Of a stretch of DNA of 64,000 bases, positions 8,712-18,034 are shown one piece after another. The stretch lies in the sequence record NC_021529.2; one strand, given 5' to 3'. The notes under the pieces are model-generated. The model did not search any database and was not told where the DNA came from. It saw only the letters and a list, made by a program, of their open reading frames with translations. Position 1 is the stretch's first letter; every line of letters begins with the position of its first letter. Both the position numbers and the translations under genes were made by a program.

Positions 8712-8722
8712 GGAAAACATAA

Positions 8723-9988
8723 GTGGGATTGACAAATTGCCAACAAGGTGCAATGGATGCATTTCTTAACGACGACGGGAATATGACTATTTCTGGGCCA
8801 GCTGGTTCTGGTAAGACATTCTTAATGAAGTCTATTCTTGAAGCATTGAACTCTCAAGGAAAGAACGTCGTCATGGTGACACCAACTCACCAAGCAAAGA
8901 ACGTACTACACAAAGCGACTGGTCAAGATGTATCGACTATTCACAGTCTGTTGAAGATACACCCAGACACATACGAAGACCAGAAGCACTTCAAGCAAGC
9001 TGGTGAAGTTGAAGGACTAGACGAAATCGATGTGCTTGTTGTCGAAGAAGCAAGTATGATCGACAACGAACTGTATGACATCACTGGTAGAACTATGCCA
9101 CGTAAGTGTCGCATACTTGCAGTTGGCGATAAGTATCAGCTACAACCAGTTAAGCATGAGCCTGGTGTTATCTCACCATTCTTCACTAAGTTCAAGACAT
9201 TTGAAATGAATGAAGTTGTGCGACAAGCGAAAGACAACCCATTGATTCAAGTTGCGACTGGCGTTCGTAACGGTGAGTGGTTGCGTACAAACTGGTCTAA
9301 AGAACGTCGTCAAGGCGTGTTGCATGTACCAAACGTGAGCAAAATGCTAGACACATACTTGAGCAAAGTGAATTCGCCGGAAGATTTGCTCGACTATCGC
9401 ATTCTGTCGTACACAAACGATTGTGTTGATACATTCAATGGGATTATCAGAGAACACGTCTACAACACGACTGAGCCGTTTATTCCAAATGAATATCTCG
9501 TGACTCAGATGCCAGTCATGGTATCAACTGGCAAGTATCCTGTTTGTGTTATTGAGAATGGTGAAGTTGTTAAGATACTCGACGTTCGACAAAAGACAAT
9601 CGACGGCATGTTGCCGAAAGTAGACAACGAATCGTTTGACGTTGCTGTGCTGACAGTAGAGAAAGAAAACGGGACTGTGTATGAATTCACAGTTCTGTGG
9701 GATGATCTACAGAAAGAACGCTTCGCTCGTTACTTGTCTGTTGCTGCTGGCACTTACAAGTCTATGCGTGGCAATACTAAGCGTTACTGGCGTGCGTTCT
9801 GGGGCTTGAAAGAGCAGATGATTGAAACTAAGTCTCTTGGTGCATCAACGATTCACAAGTCTCAAGGTACAACAGTCAAAGGCGTGTGCTTGTACACTCA
9901 AGACATGGGATTTGCAGAGCCAGAGATATTACAACAGCTAGTGTATGTTGGTCTGACTCGCCCGACTGATTGGGCATTGTACAATTAA
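8723..9988 (+). CDS. dda: Dda-like SF1B DNA helicase
   Basis: ISGPAGSGKT, TPTHQAKNVL, TIHSLLKI, VVEEASM, GDKYQLQPV, VVRQAKDNP, TIHKSQG, VYVGLTR. Confidence 0.92.
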   Translation: MGLTNCQQGAMDAFLNDDGNMTISGPAGSGKTFLMKSILEALNSQGKNVVMVTPTHQAKNVLHKATGQDVSTIHSLLKIHPDTYEDQKHFKQAGEVEGLDEIDVLVVEEASMIDNELYDITGRTMPRKCRILAVGDKYQLQPVKHEPGVISPFFTKFKTFEMNEVVRQAKDNPLIQVATGVRNGEWLRTNWSKERRQGVLHVPNVSKMLDTYLSKVNSPEDLLDYRILSYTNDCVDTFNGIIREHVYNTTEPFIPNEYLVTQMPVMVSTGKYPVCVIENGEVVKILDVRQKTIDGMLPKVDNESFDVAVLTVEKENGTVYEFTVLWDDLQKERFARYLSVAAGTYKSMRGNTKRYWRAFWGLKEQMIETKSLGASTIHKSQGTTVKGVCLYTQDMGFAEPEILQQLVYVGLTRPTDWALYN

Positions 9989-10001
9989 TTGCAAAAAGTC
10001 G

Positions 10002-10041
10002 TTGACAACTGCGTTGAGAGATCGTATTATTCTCTCAACGC
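10002..10041 (+). promoter_or_regulatory. sigma70-type promoter with 10-bp inverted repeat flanking -10
   Basis: TTGACA 10002, 17 bp spacer, TATTAT 10025; GCGTTGAGAG/CTCTCAACGC arms. Confidence 0.75.
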
Positions 10042-10062
10042 AAACAAAAAGAGAAAATTAAC

Positions 10063-10371
10063 ATGAAACTTAAAAATTTGTTCGACAATGCAGTCATTCT
10101 CGCTCAAGAAGCAAAGTCAAAGCCTAAGATCACTGCATCTGTGCTGTTAGCTGTTCTTGCATTAGGTTATGGGGCGTACACTCGTGTTCCTGCTATCGCA
10201 TCGTGTACTTGGACTGCTGTTATCGATCAGTCAGTGCCATGGGACTTGTGGCGACACAACATGTGGAACAACAACTGTCAGTATTACAATGGTACACGTT
10301 GGATTGACTTGAAGAAAGTCATGGATGTCGGTGCTGGTAACGCTGAAGAACTAGAAGATCTAGCACAATGA
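10063..10371 (+). CDS. Membrane-anchored hypothetical protein
   Basis: One TM segment, then CTW...CQYYNGTRWI. Confidence 0.65.
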   Translation: MKLKNLFDNAVILAQEAKSKPKITASVLLAVLALGYGAYTRVPAIASCTWTAVIDQSVPWDLWRHNMWNNNCQYYNGTRWIDLKKVMDVGAGNAEELEDLAQ

Positions 10372-10541
10372 TCGTAGCAACTGCTGAAGAAGTTCAAGAA
10401 TACTTAGACAAAGCGAGTGCATGGCTATGCACTCCGTCTGGTCGCATGTTCAGTGATTGCAAGTCTGTTGCTAAGACTGCATACGCTGAAGCACTTGCAA
10501 ACGTCGATGGTAAGACAATCTACAATTTGAGACAAAACTGA
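10368..10541 (+). CDS. hypothetical protein (57 aa)
   Basis: Read by hand: MIVATAEEVQEYLDK...; ATGA overlap with upstream stop. Confidence 0.6.
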   Translation: MIVATAEEVQEYLDKASAWLCTPSGRMFSDCKSVAKTAYAEALANVDGKTIYNLRQN

Positions 10542-10607
10542 TTTTTTAACAGTATCGTAACGTAATAAACGTATACATGAGATAAATACATAAGAGAGTG
10601 AAATATT

Positions 10608-11369
10608 ATGAGTATTGCAACAACATCTGGTCACCGCTTTGGTATGTTGGTAAGATCTATCACATCTGGCTTACATGGTACCGTTATTGGTATTACGCAG
10701 TGTATCGCAGGGTGCGAACTGCTTGAAGTTAAGACGAAAGACAGTAAAAATGTCACGAAAACACACGTTTTCAGCTCAAAACTGGTAGAAATTGTCAATT
10801 CTGACAAAGTTGATGAGTACGAAGCAATCTTTGCTAAGACAAACACAACTATGCCTATTCGACTCGGTGATGAAGTTGAAGACACTGTTTCTGAAGCGAA
10901 AGGCATCGTGACTGAAATTCAATACTCAGTAAATGAAGCACCGAACGTTCTAATGGTTAAACCATACTCAGAGCATGAAACGAATATTTATGCATCTGCA
11001 CGTGTGATTAGCTGCAAGAAAACTGGTCACTCTATTCACGATAAGATTCTGAACAATCGCAACAAACGTGAGCGTGATGAACTTAAAGTTGAACTGCTTC
11101 AAAAAGCTCGATGCATGGCAACTGGCGCAGAAGGTTTAGTTACTGCTGTGTTCAATCAAGCAAACGGGACAGTATCAGTTGGCATTCAGCCAGTGAGTAA
11201 AGAAGGTCGTCTTCTTGATACACACTACACTGATATTGAATTAGTAGAAATCATCACTGAAGAGCCTAAGAAGATCGTACAACCAGAGAAAGCTAAGCTT
11301 AAAAAGTCTGGCTGTATGCGTTCGCATGAACTATCTTCTATGCAACGACGTGGTATGCATACAGTGTAA
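10608..11369 (+). CDS. Protein with three tandem SH3/KOW-like repeats
   Basis: Three units of form xG-x-V-x(4)-G-x-x-G-x-V-(T/I). Confidence 0.55.
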   Translation: MSIATTSGHRFGMLVRSITSGLHGTVIGITQCIAGCELLEVKTKDSKNVTKTHVFSSKLVEIVNSDKVDEYEAIFAKTNTTMPIRLGDEVEDTVSEAKGIVTEIQYSVNEAPNVLMVKPYSEHETNIYASARVISCKKTGHSIHDKILNNRNKRERDELKVELLQKARCMATGAEGLVTAVFNQANGTVSVGIQPVSKEGRLLDTHYTDIELVEIITEEPKKIVQPEKAKLKKSGCMRSHELSSMQRRGMHTV

Positions 11370-11422
11370 AAATAAAGAGCGTTACATATGTTGCACGTGT
11401 GCAATGCACAAGGAAGCACATT

Positions 11423-11893
11423 ATGAAGTTCGCATCAATATTAATTACGTTAGCTACAACAATACCGCTAATAGCGAATGCTCATATACACCAAGACTGG
11501 ATGACTGTTCACAGAGTAGACGTCCGCACGCATGAAATTATACATACAGCAAGCACTAACTCATTGAATAGACTTGCTGTACTCACTATTGACTGTGGGA
11601 AAAGCATAACGCTGTTCGAAACACGCAAATATGCTAACTCACCAATCAATGGTGAAGTGTGGTACTCATTGGACGAGAAACCGCTTGTATACGTGAGTAA
11701 AGATCTCATTCATCGTGATGCTAACGTTACAACATACGTTGGTAACGTCGATGACGCAATCAACAACCTGAAGAATGCAAGCACACTCAAGTATGTGTTG
11801 AGCACAGGTGATGGTGTGTCGTACTCGTATAACTTCAGCTTGGAAGGGATATATGAAGCATATTCAGCATTAGGTGAACTATGTGAGTGGTAA
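11423..11893 (+). CDS. Secreted/periplasmic hypothetical protein
   Basis: Signal peptide MKFASILITLATTIPLIANA. Confidence 0.65.
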   Translation: MKFASILITLATTIPLIANAHIHQDWMTVHRVDVRTHEIIHTASTNSLNRLAVLTIDCGKSITLFETRKYANSPINGEVWYSLDEKPLVYVSKDLIHRDANVTTYVGNVDDAINNLKNASTLKYVLSTGDGVSYSYNFSLEGIYEAYSALGELCEW

Positions 11894-11896
11894 GCA

Positions 11897-12415
11897 ATGA
11901 AAATCATATTCTTGGATATAGACGGCGTTCTTAACAACAGTTTAGAAGCTGATAAGCACACGGAAGTGCTCTTAAACGATGAGTATTATGGATTTTACTC
12001 ACCGCGCTGCGTTGAACTGCTCAATAAGCTAGTCAAAGAGACTGATGCTAAGATTGTTCTGAGTAGCACATGGCGTCATGGTGTAACAATTGAAGAAATC
12101 AATCAGTTGTTCACTAACATGGGTGTCGAAGCTGAGTGCATCGGGAAGACTGATGACTTAGACAGACAATACAAATGGGCGTTTCGTGGTAATGAAATAC
12201 TCAAATGGATTCACGATAACGAAGAACGTGTTGGCAAACGCTATGAGTTTAGCAGTTATGTTATCTTAGATGATGATACCGACATGCTGTTCTGGCAACG
12301 CAACAACTATGTTAACTGTGATCCAGCTATTGGTATGACTGATCGCGTAGTCTACAAAGCAAAAGCAATACTAATGAAATCGCAATGCGAAGACGCTGGT
12401 CAAGAATTTAGTTGA
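11897..12415 (+). CDS. HAD-family phosphatase (HAD_SAK_2-like)
   Basis: KIIFLDIDGVLN, KIVLSSTWR, RGNEI..W, YVILDDD. Confidence 0.85.
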   Translation: MKIIFLDIDGVLNNSLEADKHTEVLLNDEYYGFYSPRCVELLNKLVKETDAKIVLSSTWRHGVTIEEINQLFTNMGVEAECIGKTDDLDRQYKWAFRGNEILKWIHDNEERVGKRYEFSSYVILDDDTDMLFWQRNNYVNCDPAIGMTDRVVYKAKAILMKSQCEDAGQEFS

Positions 12416-12440
12416 CAGAACTAATCAAAACTGTAATAAT
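12412..12440 (+). promoter_or_regulatory. sigma70-type promoter
   Basis: TTGACA 12412 and TAATAAT at 12434-12440. Confidence 0.6.
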
Positions 12441-12472
12441 CATTCAAAATCATGACAAAATGGGGAGTCCAC

Positions 12473-13504
12473 ATGTCACACGCAATCTTTATTGGTCGCT
12501 TTCGACCATTCCACAACGGTCATCTATCTGCAATCACTCAAGCATTCGAAGCACTTGAGTTAGAAACGATGACTATCTTAGTCGGTAGCTCTAATCGACA
12601 TCGTTCAGTGAAGAATCCATTTACTTTCGAAGAAGTATCTGAAATGATTCGCGACTCACTGCCAGATGAACTAAACTCAAAAGTAATTCTTGCACCTCTT
12701 GGTGATCATGCTAAAGACGATGTATGGCAATCAGAAGTTCGTATGCTTTCTGGTGATATCATCCCAGCTACTCACATCGTTGGCTATGACAAAGATGAAA
12801 GCAGCTATTACTTAAAGCTGTTCCCTGAACTGAAACTATATCAACCAGAGCCTGTTATGCTGTACAACAAAACTATCTCAGCAACAGACTTTCGTGATCT
12901 GTACTTCAGCGAAATCTTAATGAATCATCCAACTGTAGCATTACTGCCGCGTGGCACAATTGATTTTCTTGAACGCTGGTCTAAGACTGAGTTATTCACT
13001 GACATGAAAGCTGAGTACGACAAATCTGTCGAAGAGATTGGTAAGTTCTTAGACTATCCATACGATGGTCACTTGAATATCGCATGTGCTGATAACGTCG
13101 TCACTTGTGCTGGTCACGTGCTACTTGGAACTCGTAAGCATAACCCAGGCAAGAACTGCTTAGCTCTACCAGGCGGTCACAAATCAGACAGCGAAACGTT
13201 CTTAGCTGCTGCACTGCGTGAGCTGAAAGAAGAAACATGCATCAAAGTACCAGAGAAAGTGCTGCGTGGTTCACTAAAAGGTGAGAAGATGTTCGACGAC
13301 CCGAAACGCTCTTACCCACACGCTCGTATTTCAATGGCGTATCACTACGATATTGAACTGAATCATGACGGATCATTCCCTAAAGTGAAACCTGCTGATG
13401 ATTTAGTCAAAGTCGAGTGGGTTGCACTAAGCGATGTTCGTAAGCTACAACATCTATTGTACGATGATCATTACCAAATGATTCAGTACTTCACTGGTAT
13501 CTAA
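12473..13504 (+). CDS. natV: Bifunctional NMN adenylyltransferase / Nudix hydrolase (NadM-Nudix, NatV-type)
   Basis: IGRFRPFHNGH (HxGH), KNPFTFEE, ISATDFR; Nudix box GGHKSDSETFLAAALRELKEE. Confidence 0.9.
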   Translation: MSHAIFIGRFRPFHNGHLSAITQAFEALELETMTILVGSSNRHRSVKNPFTFEEVSEMIRDSLPDELNSKVILAPLGDHAKDDVWQSEVRMLSGDIIPATHIVGYDKDESSYYLKLFPELKLYQPEPVMLYNKTISATDFRDLYFSEILMNHPTVALLPRGTIDFLERWSKTELFTDMKAEYDKSVEEIGKFLDYPYDGHLNIACADNVVTCAGHVLLGTRKHNPGKNCLALPGGHKSDSETFLAAALRELKEETCIKVPEKVLRGSLKGEKMFDDPKRSYPHARISMAYHYDIELNHDGSFPKVKPADDLVKVEWVALSDVRKLQHLLYDDHYQMIQYFTGI

Positions 13505-13542
13505 CTAATCAAATGGGGCAGTGATGCCCCAGTGAGGACTAT

Positions 13543-13815
13543 ATGAATATCAATCTACTCATTCGCAATGAAGTAAAGAATAACAAAAGTCGTTACGCTA
13601 CTGTCTATGACATCATGCAAGATATGCTTGAGAAGTATCCACAAGCACGCATGTCAGCTAAAGCCAACGACGGTACAATGAAAAACAGCACACTACGTCG
13701 TGAAATCTCTCGTGCTCTTGATAACTCAAGCACGTGGGAACGCATCGGTCAAACTGATGGTGGTCATAAACTTTATCGTCGCATCGACGGTAATACTCTG
13801 GAGCAATTTGTATGA
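13543..13815 (+). CDS. hypothetical protein (possible winged helix)
   Basis: Packed ORF with basic helices. Confidence 0.6.
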   Translation: MNINLLIRNEVKNNKSRYATVYDIMQDMLEKYPQARMSAKANDGTMKNSTLRREISRALDNSSTWERIGQTDGGHKLYRRIDGNTLEQFV

Positions 13816-14159
13816 AAGCATTCCGTATCAACACAAAAGTCGTTGGCTTAGCTATCTTAGAAGGCGATATCTTTGTTCAAAGCCCATTCGATGAATCAGT
13901 GTTCGTCATTGCTCGTGTACCATCACGACCTGGCACTAACATTGCGCTGATCAACGAGTTTAAGCATCTGTATGATGAAATCACAGTGACCAAAGAAGAA
14001 GTACCAGAACTGATTGAGTACTGGAAGCAACAAGTCGATACTAACATCCAATCGCTCGGCTTGTTTCGTCAGTCACTACTTGAACAACGTCGCTCAATCG
14101 ATGACCAAATTCAACAAACTGAACTGACCATCGAAAAACTCAAACAAATTGGTGAATAA
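13812..14159 (+). CDS. hypothetical protein
   Basis: Packed ORF; C-terminal coiled coil. Confidence 0.65.
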   Translation: MKAFRINTKVVGLAILEGDIFVQSPFDESVFVIARVPSRPGTNIALINEFKHLYDEITVTKEEVPELIEYWKQQVDTNIQSLGLFRQSLLEQRRSIDDQIQQTELTIEKLKQIGE

Positions 14160-14214
14160 CGCTTGAGTTTGTCAATGTCATGTGCTACTGTACATGCATT
14201 GACGAGGAAAATAT

Positions 14215-14922
14215 ATGAAACTAACAGCAAACTTAATCTTTGATGCACTGAAAGACATTCGTGGTGAGTTCACAACACGCGATCTCGTAGAAAAATGCAT
14301 TGACATGAACGATGGGATGTATAAAGCTAAGCTTGAACAAAGCGATAACGATGTTGTAGTTGCAATGAAACGCATCTATCAACACATTGCATCTGATCTA
14401 TCAGAATCAGTTCGAGAAGGTAATCGACTTCAACCGAAACTCGCTGAAGAAAATCTAATGCTTGTGTCTGGTGAGAGTCGTGGTACTTACATCATCATTG
14501 CAATGCATCAAGAAGATTCAAACGATGAAGTTGAGTTCAATCGTTCTGTTGTGATTCGTGAGTCAGAAAGTTCAATGACGAAAATTGAACTGAATCGAAT
14601 CAAACAACAAAAGCTTATCATGAATGACATCAACGACATCATGAAGTGGAAAAACTCTGACTTCTCTATCGAATGGGATCATGCTCAAGCTCTTGCTGAT
14701 AACGGTAAACATCATCCCGATAATGGTCAGTTGATTACACGTCAACGCAATCGCACAAAAAATGCGAAATCAATGAAACGCATGACATACAAAGAACAAT
14801 GCGCCTATCTAATGAATGTAGTTGATTTCTACTTGAATGATAGATTCATCGACGATGAAGACGCTTTTATTATGAAAATGAATGTCGCTGCTCGTCTGAA
14901 AATACTTGAGGAATACTACTAA
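14215..14922 (+). CDS. hypothetical protein
   Basis: Long ORF; IEWDHAQALAD...HPDNGQLIT hints at an HNH-like segment (weak). Confidence 0.65.
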   Translation: MKLTANLIFDALKDIRGEFTTRDLVEKCIDMNDGMYKAKLEQSDNDVVVAMKRIYQHIASDLSESVREGNRLQPKLAEENLMLVSGESRGTYIIIAMHQEDSNDEVEFNRSVVIRESESSMTKIELNRIKQQKLIMNDINDIMKWKNSDFSIEWDHAQALADNGKHHPDNGQLITRQRNRTKNAKSMKRMTYKEQCAYLMNVVDFYLNDRFIDDEDAFIMKMNVAARLKILEEYY

Positions 14923-15545
14923 TGAATCCATACGACTTAGTGAGAAAAATGCAAAAAGTTGTTAACTCATGCACTACAGTTGAACAACTACTCAATGCGC
15001 GTAAGTATCTGTTACGCTGTCACACTTTCGCGCAAGAACAATCAGAGCAAGCATTCCTCGTGATTGTAACTGAAATCGATGAGCTAGACGAACGCATCAC
15101 CAATAAGATTGTTGAATTGTCTGACACTCGCGGTATGATGGCAATTGAAACTGGTGTTATCAAAGTTGGTATCGATATTCATGGTGTAATCGATCAAGCT
15201 CCAGAGTTCTTCGCGCTACTTAGTAAGCTACCAGTCGAAGTTCATATCATCACTGGCATTAAGAAAGAACTTGACACTGATGTGCCAGACGACTTAGAGT
15301 ATGATCACTGGTTTAGCATTCATCAAGAGTGTGAAGACCGTGGCATCGAAATCAAATATGATGAGAAACAACGCCCATGGGTTGCTGATGAGATTTGGAA
15401 CAACATGAAAGCAGAATACTGCAAAAAGAATCACATCAACATCATGATAGATGACTCACCAACGTATGCTAAAACATTCGAAGGTCTTGATACTTTCTAC
15501 CTGCAACTCACTAACATTGTTCGTGATGAATGGAGGCGCAAATGA
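14922..15545 (+). CDS. Helical N-terminus fused to HAD-like 5'-nucleotidase-type domain
   Basis: KVGIDIHGVI (DxH instead of DxD), HIITG, K...MIDDSP. Confidence 0.55.
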   Translation: MNPYDLVRKMQKVVNSCTTVEQLLNARKYLLRCHTFAQEQSEQAFLVIVTEIDELDERITNKIVELSDTRGMMAIETGVIKVGIDIHGVIDQAPEFFALLSKLPVEVHIITGIKKELDTDVPDDLEYDHWFSIHQECEDRGIEIKYDEKQRPWVADEIWNNMKAEYCKKNHINIMIDDSPTYAKTFEGLDTFYLQLTNIVRDEWRRK

Positions 15546-15766
15546 AACCAGTAACTGAAGTACTACACGAGATTATTGTAATGGCTGAAGATATACATCA
15601 ATGCGTTGTCGCAGTAATAGATGAACGCTATGACGGATGTTGGTACTCGATTAAAGAATGTGTGTACGACAGAGAGAAACGTCATTACGAATTAGTTGTG
15701 TACGTCGATGGGAAGAACGTCGATTGTATTGTGACTCTACACGAACTAGAGGGAAGACGCAAATGA
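15542..15766 (+). CDS. Small paralog family B, copy 1
   Basis: Shares I..(E/V)Y.(E/R)...(Y/W/F)(E/D)...G....VT with 15763 and 16163. Confidence 0.6.
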   Translation: MKPVTEVLHEIIVMAEDIHQCVVAVIDERYDGCWYSIKECVYDREKRHYELVVYVDGKNVDCIVTLHELEGRRK

Positions 15767-15978
15767 ATAGCGCAGCGATAATGCAAGGTTACACAGAAAT
15801 CAAAGAAGCATTGATTTGTATGCTCGATGATATGTTTGACGGTATGGGTCACATCGACCACCTAGAGTACTTCGAAGACGAACAGATGTGGGATATTCAA
15901 TACTATGATGGTAATGAACTGCATGAAGTATCGGTAACTACTATCGCTCTTGATCATTGGATGGACAAAAACAAATGA
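15763..15978 (+). CDS. Small paralog family B, copy 2
   Basis: IDHLEYFEDEQMWDIQYYDGNELHEVSVT. Confidence 0.6.
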   Translation: MNSAAIMQGYTEIKEALICMLDDMFDGMGHIDHLEYFEDEQMWDIQYYDGNELHEVSVTTIALDHWMDKNK

Positions 15979-16166
15979 CAAACTACTGTATCTACCACGA
16001 AGAACAAAAGTCAATCTTGGAACTACATATCAACAACGTCATCAAAATAACTGCTGTGTTCGGTAGTGCTGGTGATGCGTATCGTGTACTACATGATGGT
16101 GACTTTGATAAGAAAGGGTTCGTTGTTCGAGAAATGGCAACACTACGCCTGAAGGAATTCAAATGA
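15975..16166 (+). CDS. hypothetical protein
   Basis: ATGA overlaps on both sides. Confidence 0.6.
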   Translation: MTNYCIYHEEQKSILELHINNVIKITAVFGSAGDAYRVLHDGDFDKKGFVVREMATLRLKEFK

Positions 16167-16384
16167 ACATCGATCAAACAATGAAGGACTACTCACGTAT
16201 TATAACTGCAATTTATAAACTGTTAGTTCTTAAACCTTACCAAGACATCTATGATATCGAATACGATGAAGATAAACTTCTGTTCGAAGTCACTATCGTG
16301 TCTGAAACTCATAACGGAACAGAATACGAAGACGCTAAGATAACTGTTCAACTAATTGAAAACTACATGATGAGGTCCACATGA
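16163..16384 (+). CDS. Small paralog family B, copy 3
   Basis: IYDIEYDEDKLLFEVTIV...NGTEYEDAKIT. Confidence 0.6.
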   Translation: MNIDQTMKDYSRIITAIYKLLVLKPYQDIYDIEYDEDKLLFEVTIVSETHNGTEYEDAKITVQLIENYMMRST

Positions 16385-16551
16385 AACTACCTGAATACCT
16401 AAGTCACATCACCGTTGATGAAAACGTAATCACTATCGACTCAGCACGCGATAAAGTATTAGTTGTTGAGTTTCTTACTGCATCAAAAGCTAAGTTCCAT
16501 ATTGTCCAAAAGACTGTTAGCCGTTGCGAAATCCATGTTAAGAGAATCTAA
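16381..16551 (+). CDS. hypothetical protein (56 aa)
   Basis: Read by hand: MKLPEYLSHITVDEN...; ATGA overlap. Confidence 0.6.
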   Translation: MKLPEYLSHITVDENVITIDSARDKVLVVEFLTASKAKFHIVQKTVSRCEIHVKRI

Positions 16552-16552
16552 T

Positions 16553-17083
16553 ATGACAGAACCAACACTGACTAACTGGAACGAGCTGAAAGACAATAGC
16601 TTAGTGTATCGTATCAATAACGAAATACTACACCCAATGGGATATGCTGCTGTACTCAATACCGAAACTGGTACGAGTGATCGCGTGCTCAAAACAGATA
16701 AGTTTGAATTCCCAGTCGATGTACACGACAAACATAAAAACAATGTCACTATGTCTGGACTACTCGCGACTCATAAAGCTGTTGTGTCTCAAATCGCTGC
16801 TAAGTTTGAGCTAGATGAAATATGGCATAACATAATCGATAAAACAGATTGGTATTTCACGTGCGACGAAGAAATAGTAGAAGAGTCATACGAGTTCTCA
16901 TTCGCTGAAAATCTCAATGAATTCGAAGCAGGAAACTACTACTCTATCGAAGTATACGGAACATCTATCTGGCGCTCAACTGATAAAGAATACTTCTTAG
17001 TAGTTGGTAATGATGGTTGCGGTAACCAAGATATGTATCTGTTCTCGGCAAGAAATCTCGTAAAAGAAATAGAAATTTATTAA
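16553..17083 (+). CDS. hypothetical protein
   Basis: ATG 16553 preferred over the TTG start; acidic protein. Confidence 0.65.
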   Translation: MTEPTLTNWNELKDNSLVYRINNEILHPMGYAAVLNTETGTSDRVLKTDKFEFPVDVHDKHKNNVTMSGLLATHKAVVSQIAAKFELDEIWHNIIDKTDWYFTCDEEIVEESYEFSFAENLNEFEAGNYYSIEVYGTSIWRSTDKEYFLVVGNDGCGNQDMYLFSARNLVKEIEIY

Positions 17084-17085
17084 AC

Positions 17086-17159
17086 AAAAGGGTTGACACA
17101 TGTCAGCCCTTTTTGTATTATAGCTACATCAAAACGAAACACCAAAGGAAAACATTATG
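17086..17159 (+). promoter_or_regulatory. Early promoter/hairpin cassette
   Basis: AAAAGGGTTGACA-CA-TGTCAGCCCTTTTT; TTGACA 17093, 17 bp spacer, TATTAT 17116. Confidence 0.85.
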
Positions 17160-17381
17160 AACATCAACGACACTATCAAACAAGTTATCGCATACCGTGC
17201 TACCGAAGAAGGTAAACATGCTCATATCGCTGTATACCCTCGTAACTTCTTTCTTCAATCACCTTCAGTTCTTGTATGGCACCCAGAACAAGATAACAAA
17301 GATGTCGCTATCTCTGAACAAGAACTTAAAGAATGGCGCGCTGCCGCTCGTGTTCATAAATTCATCGACATCGTTAAGTAA
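17157..17381 (+). CDS. hypothetical protein
   Basis: First gene after cassette. Confidence 0.7.
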   Translation: MNINDTIKQVIAYRATEEGKHAHIAVYPRNFFLQSPSVLVWHPEQDNKDVAISEQELKEWRAAARVHKFIDIVK

Positions 17382-17390
17382 GGATTCATT

Positions 17391-17567
17391 ATGATTTCAA
17401 CATTCGCTGCTATACTAATAGCTGTCATGCTACTCGTGCTGTCAGTCAATGAGTTCGAAAACTTTCTAGAAGATGACATCCGCGCTTATCTAATCATTGC
17501 AGCAACTGCTCTTGCAATTACTAATGCATACGCTGTATTCATACTAGAACACCATCTCATACCATAA
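17391..17567 (+). CDS. Two-TM microprotein (58 aa)
   Basis: Read by hand: MISTFAAILIAVMLLVLSVNEFENFLEDDIRAYLIIAATALAITNAYAVFILEHHLIP; AGGA SD. Confidence 0.65.
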   Translation: MISTFAAILIAVMLLVLSVNEFENFLEDDIRAYLIIAATALAITNAYAVFILEHHLIP

Positions 17568-17576
17568 GGATAGACA

Positions 17577-17771
17577 ATGACTGTAATCATACTATTTCAA
17601 ATGAGTATATTCGCACTGCTGTTGATGATACTCGTTAATGACAATAACAAATTCCTAGCAGATGGTGTCAAAGAAATACTACTCGTGTCTGCTATCACTA
17701 TATGTCTGATCAACGCTTTCTTTATCAGTCAATACGCAAGCATGTATAACATGCTAATGGAGAATCTATGA
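17577..17771 (+). CDS. Two-TM microprotein (64 aa)
   Basis: Two hydrophobic helices; AGGA SD. Confidence 0.65.
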   Translation: MTVIILFQMSIFALLLMILVNDNNKFLADGVKEILLVSAITICLINAFFISQYASMYNMLMENL

Positions 17772-17929
17772 GCTTACTAACTATGATAACGCTGTTCGTC
17801 GTGCTATCAATCGCAACAGCATCTATCGCTATCAGCTTTATCAACAACCCAGGCTTCATTAAACTAACGCTTTTCGCTGTGCTAGGCTTTATCGCTTATG
17901 TGCTAATGAATGTAATAGTCGCATCATGA
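17768..17929 (+). CDS. Two-TM microprotein (53 aa)
   Basis: Read by hand: MSLLTMITLFVVLSIATASIAISFINNPGFIKLTLFAVLGFIAYVLMNVIVAS; ATGA overlaps. Confidence 0.65.
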   Translation: MSLLTMITLFVVLSIATASIAISFINNPGFIKLTLFAVLGFIAYVLMNVIVAS

Positions 17930-18015
17930 GTGATATACCAATCAATTACATCATGCTTCTGCTATGCGTTCTAGCAGGTGTAGCTGGATGGTGCTTGAGC
18001 GATATCAGCAAATGA
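17926..18015 (+). CDS. Single-TM microprotein (29 aa)
   Basis: Read by hand: MSDIPINYIMLLLCVLAGVAGWCLSDISK; ATGA overlap. Confidence 0.5.
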   Translation: MSDIPINYIMLLLCVLAGVAGWCLSDISK

Positions 18016-18034
18016 AAACTATATAAGGCAAACT

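Noticed and set aside
13514-13531. Terminator after natV
   Set aside because: The hairpin TGGGGCA-GTGA-TGCCCCA lacks a U-tract, so it cannot be called a terminator.
14215-14922. HNH homing endonuclease
   Set aside because: Only a partial DH...HP.N pattern, with no full HNH or DNA-binding architecture; left as hypothetical.
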